IMG/VR virus record: IMGVR_UViG_3300012665_000077
Span: 1-34,194 of that record
From: a virus
Lineage: Duplodnaviria > Caudoviricetes
Direction: 5' to 3' (one strand)
DNA: 34,194 bases
Made by a program: the position numbers and the translations under genes. Position 1 is the first letter of the stretch. The number at the start of each line of letters is the position of its first letter. Positions 24,069 through 33,761 of this stretch are shown piece after piece. Under the pieces are notes generated by a model, which worked only from the letters and a program-made list of their open reading frames with translations, was not told the origin of the DNA and made no database searches.

Positions 24069-26087
24069 TTACTCACCCAATAAAGTAGCAGGAGCACCGC
24101 CAGCAGAGGTTGAATAAGCTGCGCGTCTTGTTGACTCGCCTAGTGCTCTACGCTGCAACTCTTGCATAACTGGTGTTATACCCATCAGCAGTTGTTGTTG
24201 CTGGTTAAAGCTAGGGTCTAAGACGCTACGGGATAAGGCTTCTGCGACATTCTGATCAATGCCTTGGATGCGTGGACCGAGCTGGCGGTAGAGGTTAGTC
24301 ATACCACCAAGCACATTGCCACCAGCCATCTGAGCACCAGCACCGATCAACTCTGTGGGTGATGGCGCTGCCATCTCAGCAATGTCTTGCTGGATAGGTG
24401 CAGTTGGTGAACCACCCTCAATGCGAGACCTAGTGATAGCCATTTGGCGCTCACGCTCTAGGTTCTTAACGAATGCCTCGTACTCACCTTGAGAGTTAAA
24501 GACGGTGCGCATACGGTCACGCATCTCACGACTATTGATGAATCTGCCAGCAATGTCGCCAGTCTCCTTCATGCCGTAGATTTCGTCACGCAAAGACTGA
24601 ACTGCACCGAGTCGATACATCTGGCGCTCACCGTCGTCGGATAACTTAGCCAGCTCGCGGTTGATCTCCGCTGGAGACTTCCGCAAGAACTTATTAGAGC
24701 CAGCCTCTAGCGCATCCTTCAATAACGACTCACTAGCAAATGTCTTAACAGCCTCACCATATACAGGGATTCCAGTCTGCTTGTCTGTAATGGCATTGAG
24801 TAATTCAATACGCAAATCATTTAAATCATTGGCGCGAGTAGTCTTGCCAGCTCTTTTAGCCTCGTTTGCTGCGTCGCCAACATACTTGTAAGCCTTGTCC
24901 AGCATCAACATACTGTTTGGCGGTAAATCAGCGTATTGCGGTAATCCGCGAGCGCTTTCAATGGCTGTCTTGATGTCGCGTGACTTAGCCAGCAACTCGT
25001 CAATCTTCGGAGAGTAGACCTCACCAGCAGCAAATGCTTGCTCGTATAAAGGTCTAGCCTTCTCAGCGCGAGTCTTGATGATCTCGTCTGCAACCTCACC
25101 AATGTCACGCGCACCGACTGCTGTGAAGTCTGTAATGTCCTTAGTGATGCGTGGACCAGCGCCAACGGCACGCTCCACAAGCATCTGGCGTACATCTGTC
25201 TGAGCACCGCTAGGAACTGCCATAGCACCGCGTGCAAGCCTACGCATAGACTCGCCACCAATGTCTGCCAATGTCTCATCTCTACCGCCTAGAATGCGAA
25301 CTGTCTCAGCCTGACGCGCAGCCAACTGCTCAGGACTTGTGCCTTCGCGTATCAATGCGCGTGCGATCAACTCTTGTGCCTTAGTCTCTGCTGTTTGAGC
25401 TGGAGCACCTGTTAAGACATTTGCAATCTTGCGTCCTACTGGTGCGACTACGGTACTAACAGCAGGTGCTGCTGCACCCATACCTAGACCTAATCCACCG
25501 CCAAGCAAACCACCTGTAACGCGACTTGGTAGACCGCCTTCAGCACCACCGACACCAGACGCAACGCCTGATGCAACGCCATAACCAGCGCCACGACCCA
25601 TTTGAGCTAGTAGGCTTGGAGCTTTCTGAGCAATAGTCTGCGCCATCCTTGCACCAGTTGCCTCAAGTGCAGGAGCTGCTGCGCCACCAGTCAAATATGT
25701 TGCACCAAGTGCAGCAGCCACAGGCGCTAAACCGCCACCTATCTCTGCCATTGTTGAGCGTACAGGATACTGCTCACCATATTCCTTGAGTCCAGCCCTG
25801 ACGCGGGAAAGCATCTGCTCGTATTGAGGACCGCTAATAGCGCCAGCCCTAAACGCTGCTTCTATCTCGTCAGCAGTATTGAATGTCAACCCTTGGAGGA
25901 ATGGTCCTGCAATGGTTGAAGGGATAGGAGCACCACCAGTCTTTGTAGCGCTCTTAATCGCTTGCTCGTAGCGTGATATAGAAAATCCCTCAGACTTTAA
26001 GTAGGAGGCAACCATCTCAGGTGACTGACCTTGCTGCTGCAAGGTTTTGACATTTTGCTGGACGCGTTCAATATTTGTATCAGCCAT
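24069..26087 (-). CDS. Internal virion / DNA-ejection protein, 672 aa
   Basis: QGLTFNTADEI motif, Gly/Ala-rich hydrophobic segment, GSPTA motif; last gene of the late operon. Confidence 0.7.
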   Translation of the reverse strand: MADTNIERVQQNVKTLQQQGQSPEMVASYLKSEGFSISRYEQAIKSATKTGGAPIPSTIAGPFLQGLTFNTADEIEAAFRAGAISGPQYEQMLSRVRAGLKEYGEQYPVRSTMAEIGGGLAPVAAALGATYLTGGAAAPALEATGARMAQTIAQKAPSLLAQMGRGAGYGVASGVASGVGGAEGGLPSRVTGGLLGGGLGLGMGAAAPAVSTVVAPVGRKIANVLTGAPAQTAETKAQELIARALIREGTSPEQLAARQAETVRILGGRDETLADIGGESMRRLARGAMAVPSGAQTDVRQMLVERAVGAGPRITKDITDFTAVGARDIGEVADEIIKTRAEKARPLYEQAFAAGEVYSPKIDELLAKSRDIKTAIESARGLPQYADLPPNSMLMLDKAYKYVGDAANEAKRAGKTTRANDLNDLRIELLNAITDKQTGIPVYGEAVKTFASESLLKDALEAGSNKFLRKSPAEINRELAKLSDDGERQMYRLGAVQSLRDEIYGMKETGDIAGRFINSREMRDRMRTVFNSQGEYEAFVKNLERERQMAITRSRIEGGSPTAPIQQDIAEMAAPSPTELIGAGAQMAGGNVLGGMTNLYRQLGPRIQGIDQNVAEALSRSVLDPSFNQQQQLLMGITPVMQELQRRALGESTRRAAYSTSAGGAPATLLGE

Positions 26088-26096
26088 CTGTAACCT

Positions 26097-27575
26097 CTAC
26101 TCGTTTGGTTTTCTTAGATTAAATCTCTGCCACCACTCTTGACGAGTCTGCGGAATGTTTGTTGTAGTTGCACCGCCAATGATCTGCTCTGGTGTCTGTA
26201 CGCGCTTGAATGGGTCATATACAACCTGATTTGGATCAAGTTTGTAGTTCTTGGCGACTTCTGTGTAACGACTAATCAAGTCGTTAGACATAACGCGCTG
26301 AGACTCTACAAGGTTTCTGGCTTGCTGTAAGAAGTCAGAGCGAATCTTCTCATTAAGACGCTCGCCATTCAAAGCCTTGTTGTACATATTGCGTACTGAA
26401 TCAGGTACGCTTCCAGCGTTCTGAGCCGTAGCGAATTCACCTTCACGCACAACCGAGCTAGGGTCTAGCACCTTCATAAAGCCGTAAACCATAGCGATGT
26501 CACCAGCAGGTGACGGGTTTTTCGCTGCGGTTTCAATCTTCTGATAAGCCTGACCCAGTTCAACATAAGGCTTAACTTGCGCTTGGAATTCACCACGCAA
26601 GTCTTTCTCATTACCAAATACTTTGCCCTGTAACGGGATGATCGGGATAAGTGGTTGCAGTCCAGTAGGCGCTGCTTGAGGTGCGCCAGCGCCACCAGTA
26701 GGTGCGCCAGTAGGAGCTGGAGCGCCAGCAGGACGAGGTGCTCCACCCATACCACCGCCACCACCGCCAACTTGGAAGTAACCACCAGCTTCTGCACCAC
26801 CAACAATTTGAGGTGCAAGAGTCTTACCAAAACTTGTACCTGCTGGCACTTTGTCTTTATCCATAAATGTAATTAAGCCACCCCTATCAACTTGGATAAG
26901 TTCTCTTGCTGGTCCATATCCTTGCACAGTCTTGAATGTGCCATCACTCATTTGATTGACTAGGATTTGTTTACCCTCAGAGTCAGTAACCTTGATTGGC
27001 GCTCCCATTGGTTTCTCGATTGGAGCAAACTGTCCAGAGACAGGGATAAATTGACCAGTCTTTGTGCGTTGCACATAATCGCCAGATGCGGTTTTAAAAA
27101 TATCTCCAGTAACTTCAGAGCGTGGCTTGATCTGATACGCTAAATCTTGAAGTTTTTTGGCTTCGTCAAATCTGCCAGAACCTGCATAGATTTCAGCATA
27201 TCTCATGTAAGTATTGAACTTTGCGTCCTCTGGACTCACTCCTTCAGCAGCTTGCTGTTGACCTTCTTTTGCTAATCTAGCCTTAATGTCTGCATCTAGT
27301 TTTGCTTCGCGTAACTTCTGACCAGTAATCAAACTCTGCACAGCACCTTGCTGTGCTTGCTGGTAGCCAGCAGAACCAGCTTGCAGAGCACCGCCAAGGG
27401 CTTGACCTATGGAGATAGGTCTCTCGCTTGGACCACCAGCAGAAAGCAATGCTGCTGCTGCTTGGAGTAATGCTTGGTTTCTAATTCCACTTTGCTGATC
27501 AGCGCTTAGATAGTCTTCGAGACCAGTACCACCGCCACCAAAGAGTAAACCGCCAAAGTCTTGCATTGTTGCCAT
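26097..27575 (-). CDS. Internal virion / DNA-ejection protein, 492 aa
   Basis: Gly/Ala/Gln-rich N-terminus and GDIAMVYGFMKVLDPSSVVREGEF motif. Confidence 0.7.
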   Translation of the reverse strand: MATMQDFGGLLFGGGGTGLEDYLSADQQSGIRNQALLQAAAALLSAGGPSERPISIGQALGGALQAGSAGYQQAQQGAVQSLITGQKLREAKLDADIKARLAKEGQQQAAEGVSPEDAKFNTYMRYAEIYAGSGRFDEAKKLQDLAYQIKPRSEVTGDIFKTASGDYVQRTKTGQFIPVSGQFAPIEKPMGAPIKVTDSEGKQILVNQMSDGTFKTVQGYGPARELIQVDRGGLITFMDKDKVPAGTSFGKTLAPQIVGGAEAGGYFQVGGGGGGMGGAPRPAGAPAPTGAPTGGAGAPQAAPTGLQPLIPIIPLQGKVFGNEKDLRGEFQAQVKPYVELGQAYQKIETAAKNPSPAGDIAMVYGFMKVLDPSSVVREGEFATAQNAGSVPDSVRNMYNKALNGERLNEKIRSDFLQQARNLVESQRVMSNDLISRYTEVAKNYKLDPNQVVYDPFKRVQTPEQIIGGATTTNIPQTRQEWWQRFNLRKPNE

Positions 27576-27585
27576 GATCTACTCC

Positions 27586-28863
27586 TTAACCTAAGAATCC
27601 AAGCAGACCGCCAGCAGCAGCACCATAGCCAGCATATTCTGGATTTTCTTTGCCACCAATCAATGATCCAAGTTGAGCGCCACCCAAAGCACCGCCAAGG
27701 GCTGATGCAGATGGGTTTGTATATAACGGTGCTCTTTGCGTGCCAGCCGTTGGCTGTAAGCTCAATGCGCCCTGAGATACACCAAGTCTTTCTAGTCCTA
27801 GACCGCGTGCTGCATCGAGCTTTGACTGCTCGTACTGCTGACGCAATGCACCTTGAGTTAACCCAAGGTTTTGAGCCTGAGTGAAACCAGTCTGGCGTAA
27901 CTGTGCAGCCAAGTTACCTGCATTGCGTAGTGCTGCCTCGTCAACCAACGATCTGGTTACACCTTGGCGTGATCCACCAAATGCTTTAGCTGCTGTGGCT
28001 GCTGCACCTTCTGCCGATATTTGACCTTGGCGTGCTCTTTCAATATCAGCCAATGTGTTTTGTACAACCGTATTCTCGTAAGGGTTCATGTACTGCTGGA
28101 CCATGCCTAAGTTGTACTCAGGGAATGCAGCAAACTGTTTAGGTCCAAGACCAGCAGCAGTTGATCTCGCTTCTTCAAGGTTGCGTAAATATGCAGCCTT
28201 GACATCTGGGTCAACGCTTGATGATGATGTTCCAGTTGATGAAGTTCCACCACCCAAAGCCTTAGATGCTGCTAAACCTAAACCTGCTGCCGTCAATGCG
28301 TTTTGTGGACTAGCCGTAGCCCAATTAAGAGCACTACTTGCTAAGTTTCCAGCACCGCCAATTATTCCACCACCGCCTTGCTCTGCTGCAATCTTTGCGA
28401 GTGTTTCTTGTGCAGTCATCTCGGCAACAGTTGGAAGAGTTCTAGGATATTGCGTTAATTGGCTAAGAACTTGATCGTATGTACTAGCACCAAGAGCGCT
28501 ACCAGCAGCAGCAGCAGCCTGCGCTTGACTAAGAGCAGAACTAGCAAGGTAAGCATTGTCAGCAGCGACTGCTGCATTTGCACCAGACAATATGCCACCC
28601 TCTGCGCCAGTTGGCATACCTTGACTTGCCAAGTAAATAGCTGCTGCGATCTTGGCTTCTTGCGGTATAGCGTCGTCAATATTTGCTAAGGCATTTGATA
28701 CACCACCAACGGTATTTGTGATGCCTTTTTCAACTTGTCCAAGTATTCCACCACTACCGCCAATAAAACCTGCGGTATTTTCAAACGATTGTGAAAGACC
28801 TTGCCCAACATTATTTATGGCATTGCCTAAAGACCCAGTTACATCGCTTACTACTCCACCCAT
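27586..28863 (-). CDS. Internal virion / pilot (DNA-transfer) protein, ~425 aa
   Basis: AGGGAG SD before the ATG at 28863; YMNPY, AFGGSR and GAAAGGLLG motifs. Confidence 0.7.
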   Translation of the reverse strand: MGGVVSDVTGSLGNAINNVGQGLSQSFENTAGFIGGSGGILGQVEKGITNTVGGVSNALANIDDAIPQEAKIAAAIYLASQGMPTGAEGGILSGANAAVAADNAYLASSALSQAQAAAAAGSALGASTYDQVLSQLTQYPRTLPTVAEMTAQETLAKIAAEQGGGGIIGGAGNLASSALNWATASPQNALTAAGLGLAASKALGGGTSSTGTSSSSVDPDVKAAYLRNLEEARSTAAGLGPKQFAAFPEYNLGMVQQYMNPYENTVVQNTLADIERARQGQISAEGAAATAAKAFGGSRQGVTRSLVDEAALRNAGNLAAQLRQTGFTQAQNLGLTQGALRQQYEQSKLDAARGLGLERLGVSQGALSLQPTAGTQRAPLYTNPSASALGGALGGAQLGSLIGGKENPEYAGYGAAAGGLLGFLG

Positions 28864-28876
28864 ATCATCTCCCTTG

Positions 28877-29185
28877 TCACACCTTGTTGGTGTAGATAAA
28901 AGCCTTCGATCCGTCCAATAGTGATATTTGACATTTCTCAGACCAGCCAAAGGACTTGGCAAATCTTGCAAGTTTGATGTCATCTTCGCGTATCAGCGCG
29001 TAGATAGGCTTCCCAATTAAATCCTCCACAAGAGCAAAGTCTCTATGACAACCTCTTTTGACTTCAGCCGACCATCTTCTGATGTCGATGTGAAACCATA
29101 AAAGACCCTCAAAGAACTCCAAGTAAAAGATGTAGTCCTCTCGGATACATACAGGTACTTTTCCTGCCCTTAATTCTTGACTCAA
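28877..29185 (-). CDS. Small GNAT-like / virion assembly protein, ~102 aa (start uncertain)
   Basis: ORF track frame; KLARFAKSFGW motif; position between the tail tube and ejection genes. Confidence 0.55.
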   Translation of the reverse strand: MSQELRAGKVPVCIREDYIFYLEFFEGLLWFHIDIRRWSAEVKRGCHRDFALVEDLIGKPIYALIREDDIKLARFAKSFGWSEKCQISLLDGSKAFIYTNKV

Positions 29186-29192
29186 TTCTAAG

Positions 29193-30674
29193 TCACCGCT
29201 TACCCATTGCGACAACATCAAAACGGTTAACGCCAACGCGCCAATCGTCTAAGACATTGCCCGTGTATCTAACCTTGACCTGTCTGGCAGCGAATCTCAC
29301 ATCTGTGGGTTGAGCTGCGGAATACGGTCCATAAGTCGTCTCAGTCGCCATCGGGTACATCCGAGTCTTGAAGGATACGACGACCTCGCCCAAGGTCTGC
29401 TCGTCTGGAATAACCCGACGCACCGACACGATGTTGTCACCGTTACCAATCTCGTAAGGACCAGACTCAGCGTAGGGGACAGCACCGTCGTAAGTGAATC
29501 CGACTTCGTGCTCATAGATGTAGCCGTCTGACGAAATCATCAAAGGATTGACAAAGACACCTCGGTCAGTCCCAGCAGTCCGAGCCAAAGTGCCAATAGC
29601 CCAATGCCCTTCGCGGTAGTTGTAGACGACATAGGAGTCGTTCTCATTGCTGGCGCTAGACGGGTAAAACCAGATGATCTCGCCATACTTTGAGTTGTGT
29701 ACTGCATAGACCTTGCTGGCTTGGTTGTAGTTAATGTTCTGGAAGATGTAGTCGCCAACATCCGACACCAAGGGCTTGACATAGCCGTCGTACACCCAGA
29801 AGCCTGACTTAGACATCCATATGGCTGCCGTGTCAATGGCTGCTACTGCCTGAGACGAGATCACGCCACAGCCTGATCCTGCCTTCTCAAAAGAGTACAC
29901 ATAAGGCAGTCCAATATAGGTAGCAGCGTGGACATCGACATCGGTAAACAGAAGATTGATACCCCTGACGCGCTTACCGCACTTCAAAGAGCCGACAGAG
30001 TTAAGTTCAAAGTCACCAGCCTGATTCGTTGTGGATGGTGTCCAAACTGTGTTGTTTTCTTGATCGCACCAAGATACTTTGCGTGGATTGCCTGACGCGC
30101 CAAGGGCAAAGACAAATCGCTCTGCCGTAGTCATCACGGCTGCACAGCTCGTTGGCGCATTAGTAATGGCAACCGCCTTTGTTGGTGTGGTAAAGCCTAA
30201 CTGCCACTCCAAGAGTTGACCGTCCTTGCTAGAACACGCGACCAGATACTCGCCCCAAGAGTCCATTGTCCAAGTTGTGGCTGGCACTATGTCGCCCAAG
30301 TCTGGACGCGCCACACCATAAGAGAAAGAACCGTATGTGCTGTAACCGTAACCCGTCTTCAGACTTGCGTCAGTTGCGCCAGTCGTAAAGGTTGTAGGTG
30401 TGATGTCCTTGAGAGTTCCCGCCTCATTCATGGCGTAGAGATTCGTAGGCGTACCAGCAACAATCCATCTTGCATTAGAGTTATCGCGCCAAGTTAGCAT
30501 TCCACGACTGACACCAGTCATTTGTGAGGTTGATCGCTTACGCCACCCACCCCAAGGTCTCAATGTGTTCTCAAACCAACGCACAAGGTTTGAGTCATAC
30601 CAGCGCCCCGCAGACTGGTATTCTGTGCCGTTGCGGTAAACGCCAGCAGGGATTTTGATTGGTACGAGTGCCAT
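29193..30674 (-). CDS. Tail tubular / head-closure (P22 gp10-like) protein, 493 aa
   Basis: PAGVYRNGT...W.DSNLVR, WGEYLV, WCDQEN...W.P..TNQAG and EIIWFYPS motifs. Confidence 0.75.
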   Translation of the reverse strand: MALVPIKIPAGVYRNGTEYQSAGRWYDSNLVRWFENTLRPWGGWRKRSTSQMTGVSRGMLTWRDNSNARWIVAGTPTNLYAMNEAGTLKDITPTTFTTGATDASLKTGYGYSTYGSFSYGVARPDLGDIVPATTWTMDSWGEYLVACSSKDGQLLEWQLGFTTPTKAVAITNAPTSCAAVMTTAERFVFALGASGNPRKVSWCDQENNTVWTPSTTNQAGDFELNSVGSLKCGKRVRGINLLFTDVDVHAATYIGLPYVYSFEKAGSGCGVISSQAVAAIDTAAIWMSKSGFWVYDGYVKPLVSDVGDYIFQNINYNQASKVYAVHNSKYGEIIWFYPSSASNENDSYVVYNYREGHWAIGTLARTAGTDRGVFVNPLMISSDGYIYEHEVGFTYDGAVPYAESGPYEIGNGDNIVSVRRVIPDEQTLGEVVVSFKTRMYPMATETTYGPYSAAQPTDVRFAARQVKVRYTGNVLDDWRVGVNRFDVVAMGKR

Positions 30675-30683
30675 AGGGTCTAA

Positions 30684-31343
30684 TTATGCTTCCGTTGAGA
30701 GGTTTGACACAAACGATACCGTTGCAATGACAGAAGGTACGGCTGGTCTGGTTGGCGTGGAGCTGGTTGCAAAGTGCTCAATGCTGACGCTAGTGCTTGT
30801 TGGTCTCCACATAATCTCTACATAGTCGTTAGCCGCCAAACTGACAAAGAAGTTAAGAGCGGCAATTAAGTGAGACGGGTCACCTGCTGATTTTCTTTGT
30901 GATAGGTGAAACCTGCTATTTGAATTGTCAATGTTTGTGCCGTTCTTTTTAAACCAAATATCCACATCCTGACCGTCATTAGTGGTGTTCTTGAACTGCA
31001 CGCTGAATTGAATGTTATAAATTCCAGCTTGAGACACATTAAGCCTTGACGAGTTAGACAAGGTTACGCCATTGTTGAAGTCTGTCGTATTAAATGTGAT
31101 GGCATAGGCAGTCGTCGTATTGGCTGCCGTCTGGTCTGTGCCGTCTTGGAATGCCCCGTAAGGGTTGTTTATAAACCTACCACCCCGTGGTGACGCAATG
31201 GATTGCAAGGCATTGGTTAACTTCAAGAAGAAGGTGCGCAATGCACCATTCGTCTGCGCAACCGTCAGACGGTCATACCTTTCTTGCGGGTTAGGCAGAT
31301 CAGGTACGGCAGGAGTCTGGAGCTGCTGGTAGAAGTTCGTCAT
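30684..31343 (-). CDS. Virion tail protein with beta-sandwich C-terminus, 219 aa
   Basis: LPNP..Y...LR.FF N-terminus; GIYNIQFSVQ...DYVEIMW. Confidence 0.68.
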   Translation of the reverse strand: MTNFYQQLQTPAVPDLPNPQERYDRLTVAQTNGALRTFFLKLTNALQSIASPRGGRFINNPYGAFQDGTDQTAANTTTAYAITFNTTDFNNGVTLSNSSRLNVSQAGIYNIQFSVQFKNTTNDGQDVDIWFKKNGTNIDNSNSRFHLSQRKSAGDPSHLIAALNFFVSLAANDYVEIMWRPTSTSVSIEHFATSSTPTRPAVPSVIATVSFVSNLSTEA

Positions 31344-31807
31344 AGAGCCTTGTTGTATTCGTCTTGCGTGAGTAAGCCGATGGCGTATTTATTTTGAGGT
31401 CTGAAGATGGTGAGCTTTTGTTGACGCATTGCTGGCGCAAAGGAGATATGAGTCCAGCCCTTATCGCCAAACTCATGGATCATCTGATCAAACTTAATAC
31501 CTGCTGCGTCGATAGCCTTGCAGACCTCTAGTGGAGTGCCAAAGCCTCTACACACAAAGTCAATAGCCCAGCCGTCCATGTGCGAGCTGATCTTCGATCC
31601 ACCCACCGCCACATTGACCTCTGGCAGACGAATCCATGAATTGATGTTGATAGGCTTGCCAAGTAGCTCTCTGACCTTCTCCATGCCAGCAGCAGCAACC
31701 TTCATGTTCTCCAGTTGCTGTGCGTCTGGCTGGTTACTGATGCCGAGCCTTGTGGCGGTGTCGGAGTGCGTTGCCTCCTCAAGTGTGAAGTGTTCACTTA
31801 GTTGCAT
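31340..31807 (-). CDS. Endolysin, peptidase M15A family, 155 aa
   Basis: MQLSEHFTLEE, SWIR..VN.AVGGS..SSHMDGWAID and WTHIS motifs; GGGAG SD before 31807. Confidence 0.88.
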   Translation of the reverse strand: MQLSEHFTLEEATHSDTATRLGISNQPDAQQLENMKVAAAGMEKVRELLGKPININSWIRLPEVNVAVGGSKISSHMDGWAIDFVCRGFGTPLEVCKAIDAAGIKFDQMIHEFGDKGWTHISFAPAMRQQKLTIFRPQNKYAIGLLTQDEYNKAL

Positions 31808-32111
31808 CGTCTTCTCCCACAATGGCTTTTGCAATGGCTGCCGATGCCTTGCGCCCTGAGATACCGCCCATAGTGCCGACACCCATAAACGCAATGGCTT
31901 TCAAGATTTCGAGGAATACACCGTCGATAGGTGCGAGTTCTGGGTCTTGCTTCTCAAATCCGATCAGGTACAAGACACCAAACGCAATGCCTAGAACCAT
32001 GATGGTGATCGACTTGACAACGAATGCCCAGACTTGGACTTCGACCTCTTCCACCGTCAGTTGTGGACGATTAGCCCTAGCCAACATCATTTGCTTTAAG
32101 AATTCAATCAT
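31794..32111 (-). CDS. Two-TM membrane protein of the lysis cassette, 105 aa
   Basis: Two hydrophobic helices; ATGA overlap. Confidence 0.7.
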   Translation of the reverse strand: MIEFLKQMMLARANRPQLTVEEVEVQVWAFVVKSITIMVLGIAFGVLYLIGFEKQDPELAPIDGVFLEILKAIAFMGVGTMGGISGRKASAAIAKAIVGEDDATK

Positions 32112-32557
32112 TTGCGTTTCTCCATTACCTTCTCAACAGTTCTGCCACCAAAGTAAGCCAACATGATCAGTTGACCCCACTCACCCAATAACTTCACATA
32201 GGTCTCGTTCACATTGATACTAAAAGCAGACATCATGGCGAATAAGAAGTACGCGCTCAGGATCGCTATAAGGGTCATAGGACGAATGTTCTTTGATAGG
32301 TAGGAGTCAGACTTCATGTCTGCTTCCCAGCGCTTTGTAACGGCTTCTAATTCAGCCTTGGCAAAGTCGGCTTCTACTTCTGCAAGTTTTGCCGTCGCTG
32401 CTGGATCGCCAGCAATAGCCTTTGCAACGGCATCAACGCTATCAGACACGCCAAACTTACTAGCCAAAGCGGTAACAGCAGAAGCACCCAAAGGACCAGC
32501 GACAGCCATTGCCAGCGTGGGTGCGACACCCTTGAGAAGACCGAGTAGTTCATTCAT
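32108..32557 (-). CDS. 3TM holin-like protein, 149 aa
   Basis: DMKSDSYLSKNIRP...YFGGR..EK motif. Confidence 0.78.
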   Translation of the reverse strand: MNELLGLLKGVAPTLAMAVAGPLGASAVTALASKFGVSDSVDAVAKAIAGDPAATAKLAEVEADFAKAELEAVTKRWEADMKSDSYLSKNIRPMTLIAILSAYFLFAMMSAFSINVNETYVKLLGEWGQLIMLAYFGGRTVEKVMEKRK

Positions 32558-32730
32558 TTGCTTTCCTTGAGTTCTCGTTTGAGTTTACGCAACTCCTTGA
32601 TTTCCTGTTTTAACTGCGCTCGCATATACAAAGTCTCTACATACGCCATTGAGGTTACACCCACAACAATACATAGCATCACGGCAATTAGAACCCACCA
32701 GATAAGTTTGACAGTTGCCACATTAGCCAT
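32554..32730 (-). CDS. TM + coiled-coil protein, 58 aa (MANVATVKLIWWVLIAVML...LKQEIKELRKLKRELKESK)
   Basis: Read manually; ATGA overlap with the holin; alternative GTG start at 32721. Confidence 0.65.
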   Translation of the reverse strand: MANVATVKLIWWVLIAVMLCIVVGVTSMAYVETLYMRAQLKQEIKELRKLKRELKESK

Positions 32731-33419
32731 CCAAAGATCAATGAAATAAACATAACAGCAACCAACCCACTCATCTTCTCAATCTGGCGAATCTCCTCTT
32801 CTTCTTGTTTCCATCGTGCAAGCCTAGCCCTGCGAATCATCTCAGACCTAGCCCACGCCTGCTCCTGTTCAATCCGTCCGTACATTACTAAAAATCTACT
32901 ATACAGATTCTTCAACTCTGCTGGCGCATACACCATCGCCTCTCTGGTCTGTTCTAGCAACTTCTCCATCTGCAACTCAACCAGTACACGCTCGATAGCT
33001 TTTTTGCTGGTGTTCTGTGTTGGGTCATAGTTAGTCTTGCTTGTCTCTTCCAGTTCTATGTAGTAGTTGTTGATCTGCTGTTGTGTGTCAAAGAGTAATC
33101 CAAGATTTTCACCAATGTCCTTAATTAGATTTAGTTCTAGCTGTTCGTAGGATTGTGTGGCTGCTGCTGTTTTGGCTGCTGGCTTGACTGGCGCTTTCGC
33201 CACAGGCTTTGCCGTATCGTTGACAGTCTTTTCTTTAGGTGCGAATAGTCCAATGAACCAACTAAAAATATTCTTGATTGCCTTAACATCGTCCAAGACT
33301 CCTTCGGCAGTCTTTTTAGCAGACTCAAGCTGAATACGACCTTGGTGTAGAAAATCGCACCCCTGCTTGATAGCGCTGACAGCGCCTTGTGCCAATAAGA
33401 GAAGACTGAAAGGGTCAAT
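32688..33419 (-). CDS. Coiled-coil protein with C-terminal TM, ~243 aa; probable ATT start
   Basis: The ORF-track frame extends upstream to ATT-GAC-CCT (IDPFSLLLLAQ), with a GAGGTGA SD and an in-frame stop just upstream. Confidence 0.7.
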   Translation of the reverse strand: MDPFSLLLLAQGAVSAIKQGCDFLHQGRIQLESAKKTAEGVLDDVKAIKNIFSWFIGLFAPKEKTVNDTAKPVAKAPVKPAAKTAAATQSYEQLELNLIKDIGENLGLLFDTQQQINNYYIELEETSKTNYDPTQNTSKKAIERVLVELQMEKLLEQTREAMVYAPAELKNLYSRFLVMYGRIEQEQAWARSEMIRRARLARWKQEEEEIRQIEKMSGLVAVMFISLIFGWLMWQLSNLSGGF

Positions 33420-33603
33420 GCTTCACCTCTTTGTAGATTTGGTAGCACTTGTGGCAGATCATCAAAACCGTGTAGATCAGAGTCGCCCAGATCAATACCT
33501 CGCTGACCTGAAAGCCAGCGACAGTTGCCAATGACACGCCTACTGGCGGTGCTGCCTTGGCAATTAGCGCAGCAGCGCCTTCAGTTGTGTGCTCTGATGT
33601 CAT
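33415..33603 (-). CDS. Putative holin, 62 aa
   Basis: AAPPVGVS...WATLIYTVL hydrophobic helices and a basic C-terminus; follows the fibre genes. Confidence 0.68.
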   Translation of the reverse strand: MTSEHTTEGAAALIAKAAPPVGVSLATVAGFQVSEVLIWATLIYTVLMICHKCYQIYKEVKH

Positions 33604-33761
33604 GCTGGTGTATCAGCAGGCTCTGGAGTATTGCCTTCAGCCACCCATGCTAAATATTCTGGGTTTTGTTCTGTGCAAGTTTGACGGCATAGACCATCAT
33701 CGTCAATACGAGCAAGAATTCTTTGTTCGCCTTCTATGGCTGGTAGGTATTTGTAAATCAT
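33600..33761 (-). CDS. Tail-fibre-associated small protein (chaperone-like), 53 aa
   Basis: Read manually: MIYKYL...NPEYLAWVAEGNTPEPAD; ATGA overlaps on both sides. Confidence 0.75.
   Translation of the reverse strand: MIYKYLPAIEGEQRILARIDDDGLCRQTCTEQNPEYLAWVAEGNTPEPADTPA

Noticed and set aside
28864-28983. ORF-track N-terminal extensions (also at 31894, 19866, 11062, 22936, 21168 and 20810)
   Set aside because: They overlap upstream genes, and downstream starts have better SD and motif support.
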